In this document: positions 15,055-30,017 of the stretch, one piece after another
Numbering within the stretch: position 1 is the stretch's first letter
Layout of the letters: each line of letters opens with the position of its first letter
Assembly: GCF_006345805.1 (NCBI RefSeq)
Contig: NC_043000.1
Coordinates: 146,692,001-146,756,000 of the forward strand
DNA: 64,000 bases
Direction of reading: 5' to 3'
From: Octopus sinensis
Taxonomy: Eukaryota
Position numbers and translations under genes: made by a program
The notes under the pieces: model-generated
What the model saw: only the letters and a program-made list of their open reading frames with translations
Databases searched by the model: none
Told to the model about the DNA's origin: nothing

Positions 15055-15237
15055 GGCCAACAATGTTGGGGAGGGTACGAGTCGATTACACCTTACAGTG
15101 TTCAATTGGCATTTAATTTATCGATCCCGAAAAAATGAAAGGCAAAAGTCGACTTCAGTGGAATTTGAACCCAGAACGCAAAAAATTCTATTGAGCATGT
15201 TGGCCGGCGTGTTGTCGATTCTGCCAGCTCGCCGCCT
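15055..15237 (-). mobile_element. SINE family B
   Basis: Reverse complement starts GGCGGCGAGCTGGCAGAATCG and contains the GTCGACTTTTGCCTTTCAT core shared with other B copies. Confidence 0.85.
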
Positions 15238-16315
15238 TATAGGAAAATTAAAATTAACAACAACACTACTCATTTTGTTCAAGAAATACAAATAATTACA
15301 GCCCCCCCCCCCCCCCAGCTCTTGTCTCCCCATAACTCTCATATATCTTTTTCCCCACTCATCCACCATCACTACCATTGCGTGTTAAACCAACAATATT
15401 TTTTATCCCCTTTTAATTCTTTAATCGTCAGTTACAATTTTCTATCCGTATTTATACTTACTACCTAAAATATTCTTCTCTCCACATCCCCTCCACCCGT
15501 AAACTTACAAATACATACGCCTACATACACTTTCACCACTTTATTCATTTTTTACTCTTCTCGTACCAATTTACGCCTTTTGACCATAAAACCACAACCA
15601 AAAATATTTCCCCACCCATTCCCCACCAATTTCTCTTCTCTTCAAATGCCAATCCTGCCATTTAATTCTGTGATTAAGCTGAATCTACTATATTATCTAC
15701 CACCGATCCGTCCATTTCCTTCTTTCTCTCACTCCCCTATATTTTATCTTGTTTTCTTTCTTTATTTCTTTATTATGTTTCTCTTCTTTCTTCTCTTCTT
15801 CTATTACTTATTCCTCCCCTCATTTATACACCCCTCACATACTGTGCCCGCCACACTTTCTGATTGAATCTTTGCCTCAACATGTACCTCCTTGTGACAA
15901 TGTAGCCTTAAATATAATCAAGATATCGTTGGCCTGTGGTATACCTCACTTGTATTTTACCACTCGCTATGAAACATAAATAGCCCGGATTTCCCACACT
16001 CCATTCTATAACTTTTGTATTCTTTTTCGCACACTTGACTATAAAAAGAATTGTTTTTTTCCCAGCTCATCATTTATCGAAAAAAGAAAAAAAAATTGCT
16101 GTCTTCCGTTATAATAAGCCACTATTGGTTCTGAAAGGTCTTTTTTTTTTCATATTCACTACGGATTGCTCGAAGCTAACTGTCTTCCTACACCTCGATC
16201 GCTGGATCTTACGCACAAACACACACACACACACACACAAATATACATATATATATATACACACACACATACACACATATATATATATATATATGTATAT
16301 ATGCATGTATGTATG

Positions 16316-16372
<57 letters not shown>

Positions 16373-16377
16373 GCATG

Positions 16378-16417
<40 letters not shown>

Positions 16418-18254
16418 TGTATGTATGTATATATGTACGTATGCATGTACATATACTACTTGGTGAGGAAATAACTAGCTAATACTGCTAGTAAGACGAC
16501 ACGATTGTCGCTCTTAAGCATTTCTCGCATTTAGAATATTTGCGGAATGAATTACTGAGGTTTACGGCAATTAAATCATTTAAAGAGACTCACGGGAGTG
16601 AGACCAATTAGACTGACGAAACGCTAATGCGCTTTGAAAATTTAGTTTCGTTAATCTACGACACGAATTTAATTGCTACGGATCTCTATTTTCAATATCA
16701 CTCGATATAAGATGAGTGCCACAGAGTAATGGCGAGAATTGTTTCAACTATGTCACCGTCCGTAAATATATAATTATATCTCTAAAGAAGCCGCATTTTT
16801 TTTCTGAAGAATTGCATTAATATATTAAATTATTTTAGTCCGATGCACCACCGTTTCTAGAATTGAAAAAGAAAGCAATATGAACAGAACTTCACCTAGC
16901 TTAATTTGCGAAGCATAATATTCAAATGAATGCAAAAAAGAAATAATTTTATATTTCTTTCTGTCTATAATTCATAGGTGTCATGTTTATATAAGAAATA
17001 ATTGTTATATTGTTGTTGGGTTTCTTGCTTTTTTCGTCAATGCAAATGCAATTATTCAATTTTATTGGTCATTTATCGTTTTCAATTTTTTTTTAATGTT
17101 TTCTCAACCGGTTCACTTAATTACACCTACCATATTGAGTATGATATTTAATAAGAATTGTTGATGGCTAATTATTTTCTTATTATCTCTTATTATTGTT
17201 ATTCTTGTTATGAATTTAAAATCCAATTATTGAAACACTCCAGTATCTTCTTCAAATATTTAAAGAAATACAAAAATATAATTTTTTTGATTGAAAAATA
17301 ATTTCAAAATACATCTTGCCTGTAAGTGGTTTATAAAACTTCTATTTTGCTCTGTCATAGTTTGTCGCTTCTACTTATCTAAACAAGAAGAAATTTGTTC
17401 ATGCCTCTTATATTCCACTTATCGCTTATTTAAATGAAACGGAGAGTAATTGTTTTATTTCGCGATGGTGTTAACTTCTTGTGGTTTCTAAAAGTTTCCG
17501 ACGTCTTAAAAACAATAGAATTCACAAATTTTTATTCTACTTGAAAAATTATGTTCATTGTTCTCCTAACGAAGAGAAACAGTCCCTTTAGAAAATGTTC
17601 TATGAAAATTCTATGGAAGTAGACATTTTTACAAATTTCACATAAATTAATTTTATTCATTCTTTCTCTTTTTATAGTTTAACTTGGGGGTTTTTCGCGA
17701 GGAAATCTATTTAAACCATATTTTTATTCATTCTTATCTTTTCTTCCTATTATTTGAATTTACAATTGGAACAATAAAGAGATAATAATTATTTTTAAGT
17801 GAAGAATACATTCGTTAATATTAAATAGTCAAAACGTTTTAGTAAAAGCTAGTGAAATCGATAAGTTATTATACTACTATTTGAAGTGTTCACGGTTCAT
17901 ATACAACTCTGGTTGCAACGCGTACCTCGCTAAGAAAGTTAACTCACATTAATCCTTACTGCTGTTATTTCAAGTGAATATTCACTGCGGTATTGAAGTG
18001 CGTATTTCATTTGGGTGACTGAATCCTTAACGATTAGTAAAGGGTTCAATCCACAAAACAAAAACAAGTTCTTCCAAACCAATTTATGTAAAAATCCTTC
18101 TGGTACAAACTTTACCTTCAATTCCGACTTTTTTCTAACAGACGTACCTCAAGAAAACGTGTTCAAATAATAAGTTTTCTAAAGGAATTCTATATTGCCC
18201 ATATAAAACCAATAGCTATCAAAAGTTCATGTTAATGTATGTTATTCCTTTCTT

Positions 18255-19188
<934 letters not shown>

Positions 19189-20079
19189 AATCACTTGATT
19201 CCTTATGGCATATTTATTTTACTTAGTTCTTTATTTTGAAAATAAACTGAAGCAAAGGCAAAGTATTTGAATAGTGATATAACAATAAAAATGTAAAGCT
19301 AATAAAGGATAATTATCAGTGATGAAAAGAAGCATATTTCACACCAATAAAGATATATTTTCCCCATTTGCAAGAGGCAGTATACTTAATACATTCGGTC
19401 TTTCTACGCTCTGGTCAATTTACAAGAAATAGAAACCAAAATTTCCCTTATTTCACATTCTTCTGTCCTAAAAATAAACGTTATGATGCCTTAAGAAATC
19501 TGAGGTATTTTCCGTAGAGTATTTGTCATCATACGTCTGTAGAACTACGTTTAACCTGGAAATAATTAAACTTCAAGAAGAACGATAGGTGCTAGGAAAA
19601 TGTCGAGCGGTTTGACTTGCATTGGTTACTGTCGTACGTTAAAAAAATCAATACTAAATTTTCAGGTGTATAAGTTACAGCTATAAAATATAATTAAAAA
19701 TTCGGGTAAGTTATAAAAAATTTCATGTCTGAGTGTGTGTGTATGCGTGCGCGCCTGCGTATGTGTATTTTTATGTATGTATGTATGTATCAATATATTT
19801 ATGTATACGCATATACATACATATGTGTGTGTGTGTGTGTGCAAACGTGCGAATGTTGGTATGAATAAAACTTTTGTTTTATTTTTTCTTTCAAGTCGTT
19901 TTTACCACAGTATATATACGAAGCTGTATATTCAGTGCAAGAGTTATTTGAGTACAGATTTGGAAATATAATAAAACAGTTCTTATCGTACAAAAGTCAA
20001 ATGTATTTTAATAAAAATTTCTACATATGTTCTCTATAGCTTACTTAGAAATTCATTTTATGTATCCGCTTTCAGCTTC

Positions 20080-21200
20080 CGTAATTACTCCAGTGCAGTA
20101 CCAGAAGCTTTGACATGTCTGCTCTGAATGTTCCTCATTCATTTCGAACATCATCTGCACAATTGCGACCTTCGGTGAAGCTATGATATTGCGAGGATGT
20201 CGGCTGATCTCCTTTTCTCCTAAGAATTTAAATCTGACCAGGCACTTGGATGATTGTAAAGATTACCTGACATTCATTCTTGAGTTATGTAGGCTTTGTG
20301 AAAACGTATTAAGCAACTTCATGCATCCACCGCTCAACAACTGTCTCCAGTGGCTCGATGTATCTGACAGTATTGATTCTAAAATTATGTGGAAAGATGT
20401 AACATAGCATGACATGACCTTCATTATTCACCACTCCAAAAAATCACCCCAATTGCTGAAAATCTAGTGCACATCCTTTGCAATATAGAAGTAACTGCCT
20501 CAACTATCTGTAATTTCTCCTGTTAGACTTCTTTGTCTCATTTGAAGTGATTTTTTTCAGCAGAAGAGAACCAAAGCACGCCATGTCTGTAAGAGTTTCG
20601 TATCTTGTTAAGTAGCCGCCTTGTACAGATCAGTGATTCTGTGTTTTTACAGACGTAAATAGGCTTGTCCTTCGTATATATGGCTTATGTTGAATATCCT
20701 CGTGCACCTTAGTTCTGATAGTTCCACTCACACACATGAGGTTCTTTGGTGATGACCTTCATTGATTTTCTGGGACCATCATGGACAATGTTGAAAGCTT
20801 TGGATGAATTTCATTGTCCTTATATTATTCCAACATTTAGAATATTTTTCTATTTGATACTTTTGAAACATTCCTAACAGAGTTTTCCAATTCCTTCCAA
20901 AAAAGGATCGTGCAGCTCTTAGAATGTTGGTAATTTCTAAATCGTTGTGTTCTGGACAGACAACAACGACTACATGTTTTCTCATTTCTTGTGGTAGTAT
21001 ATTATCTGGCATGGGGTATCTGAAAGGAAAAGAAAATTTTAATTGGTTTGGAGAGAGTCATATACTGATAATTAAGTGCCCGAAAATTCTCCCCGGACTT
21101 TCTTTATACGAAGAGACCAGAAACACGATTTGTGTTTCTGCTAAACTTTCGTGTGGTTAATATTGCATGCCGCAACCGACGTTTGGCATAGTAATCCTAA
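20080..21200 (-). mobile_element. Heavily decayed RTE-like LINE fragment (APE to RT linker)
   Basis: Weak minus-strand similarity to RTE endonuclease and linker motifs; many stops. Confidence 0.45.
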
Positions 21201-21304
21201 ACCTGCTATGATTAGGTGTTTTGTTTGCACCTTTTATTAATGAAACTTACTGGTGCTATTTTCTCGTTTTAAATATTACTGACATAATAACGAAAATAAA
21301 AAGA

Positions 21305-21535
21305 GGAAGCAGAAGAAGAAGAAGAAGAAGAAGAAGAAGAAGAAGAAGAAGAAGAAGAAGAAAAAGGAGGAGGAGGAGGAGGAGGAGGAGGAGGAGGAGG
21401 AGAAGAGGAGAAGAAGAAGAAGAAGAAGAAGAAGAACAACAACAACAACAACAACAACAACAGCAATAACTACTACAACAACAATAAGAACAAAAACAAA
21501 AACTACAGCAACAACAACAATAACAATAACAACAA
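21305..21535. repeat. Compound microsatellite (GAA/GGA/GAA/CAA)
   Basis: Direct reading. Confidence 0.95.
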
Positions 21536-21671
21536 CATATCAGTCGTCAATAGAATGAAAATATATATATAGAAGATAGAAATAATGGCATACACGGGTC
21601 CGGAAATCATGGTGAAGGTGTTGCACCAAAAAGATCAAGGGACGGGCATCCCACGTCGTCCCCACGCGAAA

Positions 21672-22093
21672 CCCTCTTTTACTCTTTTACTCTTTTACTT
21701 GTTTCAGTAATTTGACTGCGGCCATACTGGAGCACCACCTTTAGTCGATCAAATCGACCCCAGGACTTATTCTTTGTAAGCTTAGTACTTATTCTATCGC
21801 TCTCTTTTGCCGAACTGCTAAGTTACGGGGACGTAAACACACCAGAATCGGTTGTCAAGTGATGTGGGGGGGGGAACAAACACAGAAACACAAATATATA
21901 CACACACATAAATATATATATACATATATACAACGGGCTTCTTTCAGTTTCCGTCTACCAAATCCACTCACAAGGCTTTGGTCGGTCGAGGCTATAGTAG
22001 AAGACACTTTCCCAAAGTGCTACGCAGTGGTACTGGACCCGCAACCATGTGATTGGTAAGCAAGCTACTTACCACACAGCCACTCCTGTGCCC
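21672..22093 (-). mobile_element. SINE family A, full length
   Basis: Head GGAGTGGCTGTGTGGTAAGTAGCTTGCTTACC and (TAAAAGAG)n tail on the minus strand. Confidence 0.92.
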
Positions 22094-22109
22094 TTTTTAA
22101 TGAATATAT

Positions 22110-23180
22110 GGAATAGGCAAAATATTATCTGAAAAGCGATCCAGCAATGAAAAATTTCAGGAAAAGAATGCTCTATATTTGAAACGAAATAGAACTTTTT
22201 GAACGAAGTGAGCGAAATCTTGCAGGACAAGCACGGTTGATAAAGATCAATGGATGGCTATCTGTGATTGAGATAGAAGAGAGAAAATGGGAAATAGATC
22301 AGGAAACTAGCAGAGCAGGTTCCGATATCGCTGAAGATGCTGATGCTGAAGGGAGATGATAAAAGAAGTTTCAGCAGACATCGATAGAGAAGAACGGAAT
22401 TAAAGTAAATCGACAAGATTTGAAGAGAACAAGGAACATCTGGAGACTGAAGAAATATCGTGGAAATGATATAAAAGAGCAACTTGAGAAAGTACCTTTA
22501 TCTTTTCCCCCGACATAAGGAATGTGGCTAGAAGCAGATTGAAATTACGAACGGAGAGAATAGACAAAATATTGAATTATGTGAAAACCAAAACGCAAGA
22601 ACATGAAAAACATCGTGAAAGCTACTGGCATCGCCGTGGTAAGGCTCTTGAGAATAAATAAGAAACAACTAGAACCATGAAGAATTGTGTTACAAATTAA
22701 GAATGGGGAAAAAAACCACCTAAGCAGGATGAAAGAGGAACAGTTGAAAAATGATGACGGTGCAAAGGGCCTGAAAGTGAAATACAGAATAAGAACAAAA
22801 AGGTTGCGGTTCTGTAATATAAGAATTGAAGAAAAGAATAACTGCTAAACCGAAGAAATTAAAAAGGTACGATGATCATTGTTACCAATTCCATCAAAAT
22901 AAGCTTTTTTTTAAGCAACCAAAAGAGACTTTTCGAACAGAGAAAGAACCGGGGAATTTAGTTCGAATATCAATGAGGGAAAGAAATTTTGTGAAGGATT
23001 CTAGAATGCCAGTAAAGAGCACAGCTTGGAAGAGAAATGACTCAAAAAAGTTGAAAAGCACCCTGAAGAGGAGAATCCATTGGGGAATGTAGTAATAACC
23101 CAGAATAAACTACAAAAGCGACTATGCAGGCTCCCACAGTGGAAAGTACCAGGGCCGGTAGTGTTCGATGTTACTAGCTG
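22110..23180 (+). mobile_element. Decayed R4/Dong-like ORF, N-terminal half
   Basis: GQARLIKINGWLSVIEIEE; YQFHQNKLFFKQPK; RLPQWKVPGP (cf. NWKAPGPD of this clade). Confidence 0.7.
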
Positions 23181-23289
23181 AAGATCGTCAAGTCAGTCAA
23201 ACCTTTTGAGTCTCTAATTCTGTGTTATTTAAATTTCCAGTTCCAAGTTGCGAAGTTACCTGATTTCGCTGTTTTTGTTCGAAGTTGTA

Positions 23290-23467
23290 TTTGGGGAGAG
23301 GGCCAGTCGATTAGATCCATCCCAGTATGCAACTGGTACTTAATTTATCGACCCCGCAAGGATAAAAGGCAAAGTCGACCTCGGCGGAATTTGAACTCAG
23401 AACGTAAAAACAGACGAAAAAATGATAAGCATTTCGCCCGGCGTGCTAACATTTCTGCCAGCTCGCC
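23290..23467 (-). mobile_element. SINE family B
   Basis: GTCGACCTCGGCGGAATTTGAACTCAGAACG core; head ends CTGCCAGCTCGCC. Confidence 0.9.
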
Positions 23468-24593
23468 ATTGGTATGGTTCGTGGTCTGCGGAGACATTAG
23501 CTTGCTGTATGTATTTTATTTTCATTTTTCTCCCCTTTTGTAAACAGAGATTACCTCCTTTCGATGCAAATACTCAGGGAGAATTTTGCATTTATGTTTA
23601 GTATGATGTTCCTGGTGTGGTTCTGATATGTATACAAACGTAAATGTACGTTTGTTGGAACAAATATACAAAAATGGGCAATATAACTCAATGCATGATT
23701 ATATATACGCTTTTTAATCGGCAGAAACTGTCGTCTTTTGTTTTAATCCTCCTTTGAGGAATTACAACCGTGTTTCGTGGTCTGCTACCGCAACAGCTCC
23801 TTTACAGGATCCACTTAGCTCAAGACATCATCAGGAGGAACCACGTCCGGTTTCGGCCCCTACTCCTCTACCGTTTTGAGTCCTGAAGTTTACAAATTTT
23901 CCCGTTAACAGTGTGCTTAAGATCAATCCTTATTCAATGCTAAGTCATATGATTAGTTATACTCGAGGTAGAGCCGGAAGAGATATTGATACTTGAATGG
24001 AGATTGGAGAGTGTGTCACTAATGCCTTATGCGTAACAGTTACTATTACTAGAAGTGATGGTACCAGCGCTTCTATTATTGAAGTAGGTAGCGTTCCAGA
24101 AGCTCATAGTATTAGTACGTAATGGGTTAGTTTAGGGGTCCAAATGGATAGTTCGTAACTAATCCCACAGTAAAGAAGCTACGTTTGCACCTATTGGAAG
24201 AAGCAGTTACAGATCCCAACTTTGATGCTGTAAAGTACGAGATTTTAATATTTATGACGTGGTAAGAAATCAGAGCTTAGGATTTTGAAAAATACCTTGC
24301 GTAAAGATTTAACCTGAGTAGGGAATGGAGACACAAACTATAAGATTTCCAACTTTCTGCCGTTTCGGGGCCTAAGACAGGGCGTAGTGATGGGCATGCT
24401 ATCTGGGAAAGCTGGAGATTATTCAACGTTCGAGGCAGCTGGAATAATGGGCAATTATTGGCCGCAGAGGAATTATGATTATTGCAATTATAATATAATT
24501 CCAAGCATCCTTAGACAGGTGTCAAGTTAGGAAATCACGTATTTTCTTCATAGTACTTCATAATTCTTATGCTCTTTGTAAATATATTTGTGC

Positions 24594-24594
<1 letters not shown>

Positions 24595-24661
<67 letters not shown>

Positions 24662-24662
24662 G

Positions 24663-24748
<86 letters not shown>

Positions 24749-24822
24749 ATATAGATTTTTCTCTTATGAGGTTTTTCACGCTAACTACTTGATAATTTCT
24801 TATGAAGATTTTATCCTATTTC

Positions 24823-24890
<68 letters not shown>
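24595..24890. repeat. (TA)n microsatellites
   Basis: Direct reading. Confidence 0.9.
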
Positions 24891-24891
<1 letters not shown>

Positions 24892-25801
24892 CACATAAAT
24901 ATATGTGTGATTTTCTCTTTGAGTAATTTTCATTCCCTTCGAAATTGCTCGTAACCGTGGTTTGGAATTTGACTGTTCCTTCTAGCATGTAATCTGTCCT
25001 GTTAGAGTCACCGCTTTTGTATTCAAATCTACACATACTCACGTACACACATATAACATCCCCACTAACACAAAACACACAAACATACACACGCGCAAAC
25101 ACAGACACACACATACATATGCACCCTCACACACACATACGGTTGCTCTCTCACACACACACATACACACACACCACAAGGACAATTAAAACTGCACAAA
25201 CACACTCAGAGACCCACACACACTCACGTACACATACACATAACATCTCCACCAACACAAAATACAAACATACACACGCACCCACAGAAGCACACATACA
25301 CACACGCGAACAAACACATCCACACACATGGGCACACGCAACACCCTAACAAATATTAATCACACACTTACACACACACACAGACGTGCACACAGATACG
25401 CACACCATCCTACCAAATATAAAACACACAGACCCATATACACACGCCACAATAAACTCTGGGACCAAACAAAAACGGCCTACAGACACAAAAACAAACA
25501 CATGTATATACACACACACACACACACACACATAGAGACGTGCACAGTGACACACACAGTCACACCCTTCTGACTTCTAAGACCAGTTCCAAAAACCACT
25601 GAACCATGACAGACTAGCCCAGAAACAAAAATCTTTTCAATTCCTCGTTGCTGCTCCCCCCCACATCCGAGCCAACCTTCCACACTGTCCCTTAAAATAG
25701 CAAACATTCCTTAGCTGCAGACAAGACAAAAATGCCAAAAAGGTTGGTTCCTCTCCAATTTTTTGTAAATTCTTAACTATATCTCCTTCTGTGTATATAT
25801 A

Positions 25802-25832
<31 letters not shown>

Positions 25833-26919
25833 CTACCAAACAAACATGATTTTTATTGAACTCCTAATACTTTTTGTTGAATATTTTCTTAAATACTTTC
25901 ATATAAACTGTTTCCACCAGTTTCTTATTATTATCAAAGAAAGTATATATGTATTTTAATACTTTTGTGACAACCACTACTTAACACATCACAACTTATA
26001 CAAAGCTTTACATTTTACTTTTGACAATCTTTTTCTAAAAAAGTGAAACCGGTCAAGTGAATAAACATCTTTAAAATTACCTTTTCAAACCTTCTCTCAT
26101 ATATATTTCCACTCGTGCGGTATCTTACAAATTTACTCGTAGTTAAATAAAAAGATATCAATTGATACATATGTTGCAGCAGTTAGCTCCTCTTTGTGTG
26201 TGCGCGCATGTGTGCGTGTGTGTGTGTATATATAAATACTACATTTATTCAAACGAAGGAGGAAACCAAACCTCAGAAAGTAGTGTTTAACTCACATTCA
26301 CACATATACATATACATACACAAGCACACACACACATGTGTGTCTGTGTATTCGTAAAAGGAAGCCAATAAAAATGTTTATACGCTTAGATGTATAAAAT
26401 TATTCAATAAACTATTTCATATCTATGTGGTACATCAACTTAATATTCTGCTCTCCATTTTTACTTAGGTAAATTACACCATTAATGACGTGATTTTGAA
26501 AGGTCTACGGTAAAATTTAGAAGCCATTCAGTACACGAACAGAAATGACATCCATTCTTACATGAGGACATATAAGTTGACACTTAAATGAAAGAACCAA
26601 TTATGTAATTAAAGTATGTTTATCAAATCGTGATATGTTTATTTAGAAGTATTTAACAATGATAGAAATTTTATTGTCTGTTTCTTTTCTGTCCTTATCG
26701 ATTTTTCTCCTGTTTTGTTTTGTAAAACATTTATTTATTCCGCAATAAATAATCTCAAATATTTCACCTTTCGTAGCCAGGTGGATCTGTTCATGAATGG
26801 GAAATATTACGTATGCCATTAAGTGAAGTAATAAGACCATAATCTACTATGTACTATAAGTGTTATTTTATTTTAATTTGCTTTTTTTTTAGGTTCACTG
26901 CCTCTTTTCTTTTCTTTTT

Positions 26920-27570
26920 TGTTGTTAAAATACAGCCAACCTTCCGCAATTCTGTCTCACGAATCGCTATGTAGTTCATACAAATATGTGCTCGCTCAAG
27001 CAGTTAATCCATTGTCCCTAGTATCACGCTCAAATCTTATTCACAGAATTTTGTTCCCGTGGGCTAGTTCATAGTTCAATGGATACCACATTTGCACTTA
27101 TAGATAATACCAGCTTTACAAACCTCATTATTTGGAAATCGGGGAATTGTATGCATTAGAATTGTTGACATGAGTTGGAATGTCCTCTTCCAAAGTCACC
27201 TGTTTCTGATAACTCTGTCCTGTCTTATACAGAAATCGCTTATGGCAAGCAGGTAATTAGTTGTTGGTGCTTAGCACGAACTCCGAAGCAAATCGTATAA
27301 ATCTTCCTTATTCTGTTTGTTTATCATCGTAGCAACATAAACACTACAAACAGTTATACATTGATTAGCATCCTGAACTAATCTAGACTTCATTCTTTTA
27401 TCGGATATATTGATTAGAAGCGACACTAGCCTGGTGACACGACTTATCGCAAGAGTTACGTCAACATCAGCTTTACCCCATAGAAACTGACCAGAAGAAA
27501 TTATAGTCAAGAAATCGTATCTCCCACTCGTGTTTTGACAACAGGGTGGCATTCGCACCACATCGGTTCA
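26920..27570 (-). pseudogene. Decayed RTE LINE AP-endonuclease domain
   Basis: One frame with a few stops: DVDVTLAI...NISDKRMKSRL...ITVCSVYVAT...KEDLYDLL...NYLLAISDFCIR. This parallels the RTE pattern GVGFAI / INDRLMxLRL / SAYAPT / FYxxL / GDFNAR. Confidence 0.75.
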
Positions 27571-28823
27571 TTACCCTTTTAAATATTACATTTCAGTTTG
27601 GAAATCTTCCAGAGTTTTATCACACCCCAAAAAATTCTGACTTTCCAGGATGCACAAATTAAATATGCGAGTTAACTTTTCGCTTGTTGACCATAAAAAT
27701 GGAACACTCAACAGGAGTGATATTCCAAACAAATTAAATGATCAAATTGGTCTTATGCAGTCGCTTTTCTACAAATGGGAAAGGTATGGCCATCACCGAA
27801 TATGATTTCCTAATCATATTCACCGCCGAATATTTCTCTGCTCAAACTGTACTGCGTACCCATGATTAGCCAAAGGTGCCTAGATTTCATGTCAGTAAAC
27901 ACACATAAAGCTATGTCTGTGACTTCTCTAGAAATAGTTGAAAATTAGCTAAATATTTTTCACAATAAATGTGTTTATGTTTTTGTATCTGTATTCATGC
28001 TTAAGTTGAATATTGAATATGACTTGAGACAAGTTTAACTGAAAATTATAGTAAATATATAAGTTTTGAAGCATTTCCAAACACAAAATAGAGAATAAAC
28101 AGTATAAATTTTAATTTGTTCATTAAGTAAGGAAATTATAATTTTGAAATAGTTACACTTTGTCTCAGAAGATAAGAAATACCATTTGCTTTATTACGTA
28201 TATTTACCATTTTTGTTTGTTTATGTAATGAAATAATGAACCACGTGTCATATTATATTTACTTCGAATAGTAAATCTTAATTGTAGACATGTCTGGAGG
28301 GAGTAATAAAAGCCATAATTTGCATAAGAAACAATTAGGTTTTATTTTTTAGGAGGTGGGGAGTGTTTTTGTTGTTTTCGCCAATAATACACAAAATCGA
28401 TTGTAATTATTATTTCTGCTTATTATTGTTTCCACTTATTTATATGAAAAGATTGGCACCTGGTCTCTCTTGGATTAGTTAAGCGATGCAGGCGCGTCTG
28501 GTGAAACGCCAATAAGGATCGAAAATAGATAATGACTTTTCATCAATTTTCAGTCTTCGGAAAAAAATACGTAAGTTTGACATTTATGCCTACGTAGGTT
28601 TATATACGTAGGTTTATATACAGATAAGTATAATGTTATAAAATACATGACGACCTACATGGAGACACCTTCATCAAAGAACTATCCCTTTATGAGTGAC
28701 TTGGTTGTAAACAACGATGATAAACTCCAAGAAACATTACATACAAATATCCCAGGCGTTTGTTCATTAAGTAAGGAAATTATAATTTTGAAATAGTTGC
28801 ACTTTGTCTCAGAAGATAGGATA

Positions 28824-29235
28824 GGCGTAGGAGTGGCTGTGTGGTAAGTAGCTTGCTTACCAACCACATGGTTCCGGGTTCAGTCCCACTGCGTGGCACC
28901 TAGGGCTAGTGTCTTCTACAATAGGCTCGAGCCAACCAAAGCCTTGTGAGTGGATTTGGTAGACGGAAACTGAAAGAAGACTGTCGTATATATGTATATA
29001 TGTGTGTGTGTGTGTGTTTGTGTATCTGTGTTTGTCCCCCCCCCCAACATCGCTTGACAACCAATGCTGGTGTGTTTACGTCCCCGTAACTTAGCGGTTC
29101 GGCAAAAGAGGCCGATAGAATAAGTACTAAGCTTACAAAGAATAAGTTCTGGGGTCGATTTGATCGACTAAAAAAGGCGGTGCTCCAGCATGGCCACAGT
29201 CAAATTACTGAAACAAGTAAAAGAGTAAAAGAGTA
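28824..29235 (+). mobile_element. SINE family A, full length (tRNA-derived)
   Basis: GGCGTAGGAGTGGCTGTGTGGTAAG head, B-box-like GGTTCAGTCCC, central TA/TG tract, tail GAAACAAGTAAAAGAGTAAAAGAG. Confidence 0.93.
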
Positions 29236-29525
29236 TCCCAGTCTATAAACACATGCAGAATTACCACCACGAGATTTCCCAATATCAATCAGGGCCACTC
29301 TTCGAAATACAGACAACATTAAGATGAAGAAAGCCTTCCTTCTTAATGAAGCAGAGGCCAGTTCCAACCAACCGAAAGAAGCTACACGAAGCAGATTAGA
29401 TATCAAGACAACATCAGTCTGCGCATGTCACTATGCCACTCTCGTCTTCCATTTATCTGAGCAGTAACTTATTCAATTCCTCATCTTCCACGTGTCCTGA
29501 GGAAGACGTCATAACACCCATATCC

Positions 29526-29757
29526 TCTTACTCTTTTACTCTTTTCCTTGTTTCAGTCATTTGACTGCGGCCATGCTGGAGCACCGCCTTTAGTCGAGCA
29601 AATCGACCCAGGACTTATTCTTTGTAAGCCTAGTACTTATTCTATCAGACCCTTTTGCCGAACCGCTAAGTTACGGGGACGTAAACACACCAGCATCAGT
29701 TGTCAAGCGATGTTGGGGGACAAACACAGACACGCAAACATATACACACATACATAT

Positions 29758-29845
<88 letters not shown>

Positions 29846-30017
29846 CATATATACATATATACGACGGGCTTCTTTCAGTTTCTGTCTACCAAATCACAAG
29901 GCTTTGGTCGGCCCGAGGCTTTAGTAGAAGACACTTGCCCAAGCTGCCAGGCAGTGGGACTAAATCCGGAACCATGTGGTTGGTAAACAAGCTACTTACC
30001 ACACAGGTACTCCTGTG
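29526..30017 (-). mobile_element. SINE family A, full length
   Basis: Reverse complement of the 28824 copy with a longer TA tract. Confidence 0.93.

Noticed and set aside
27200-27270. TTNYLLAISDF, resembling GPCR TM2
   Set aside because: Better explained as the xLIxxGDFN motif of the surrounding RTE endonuclease frame
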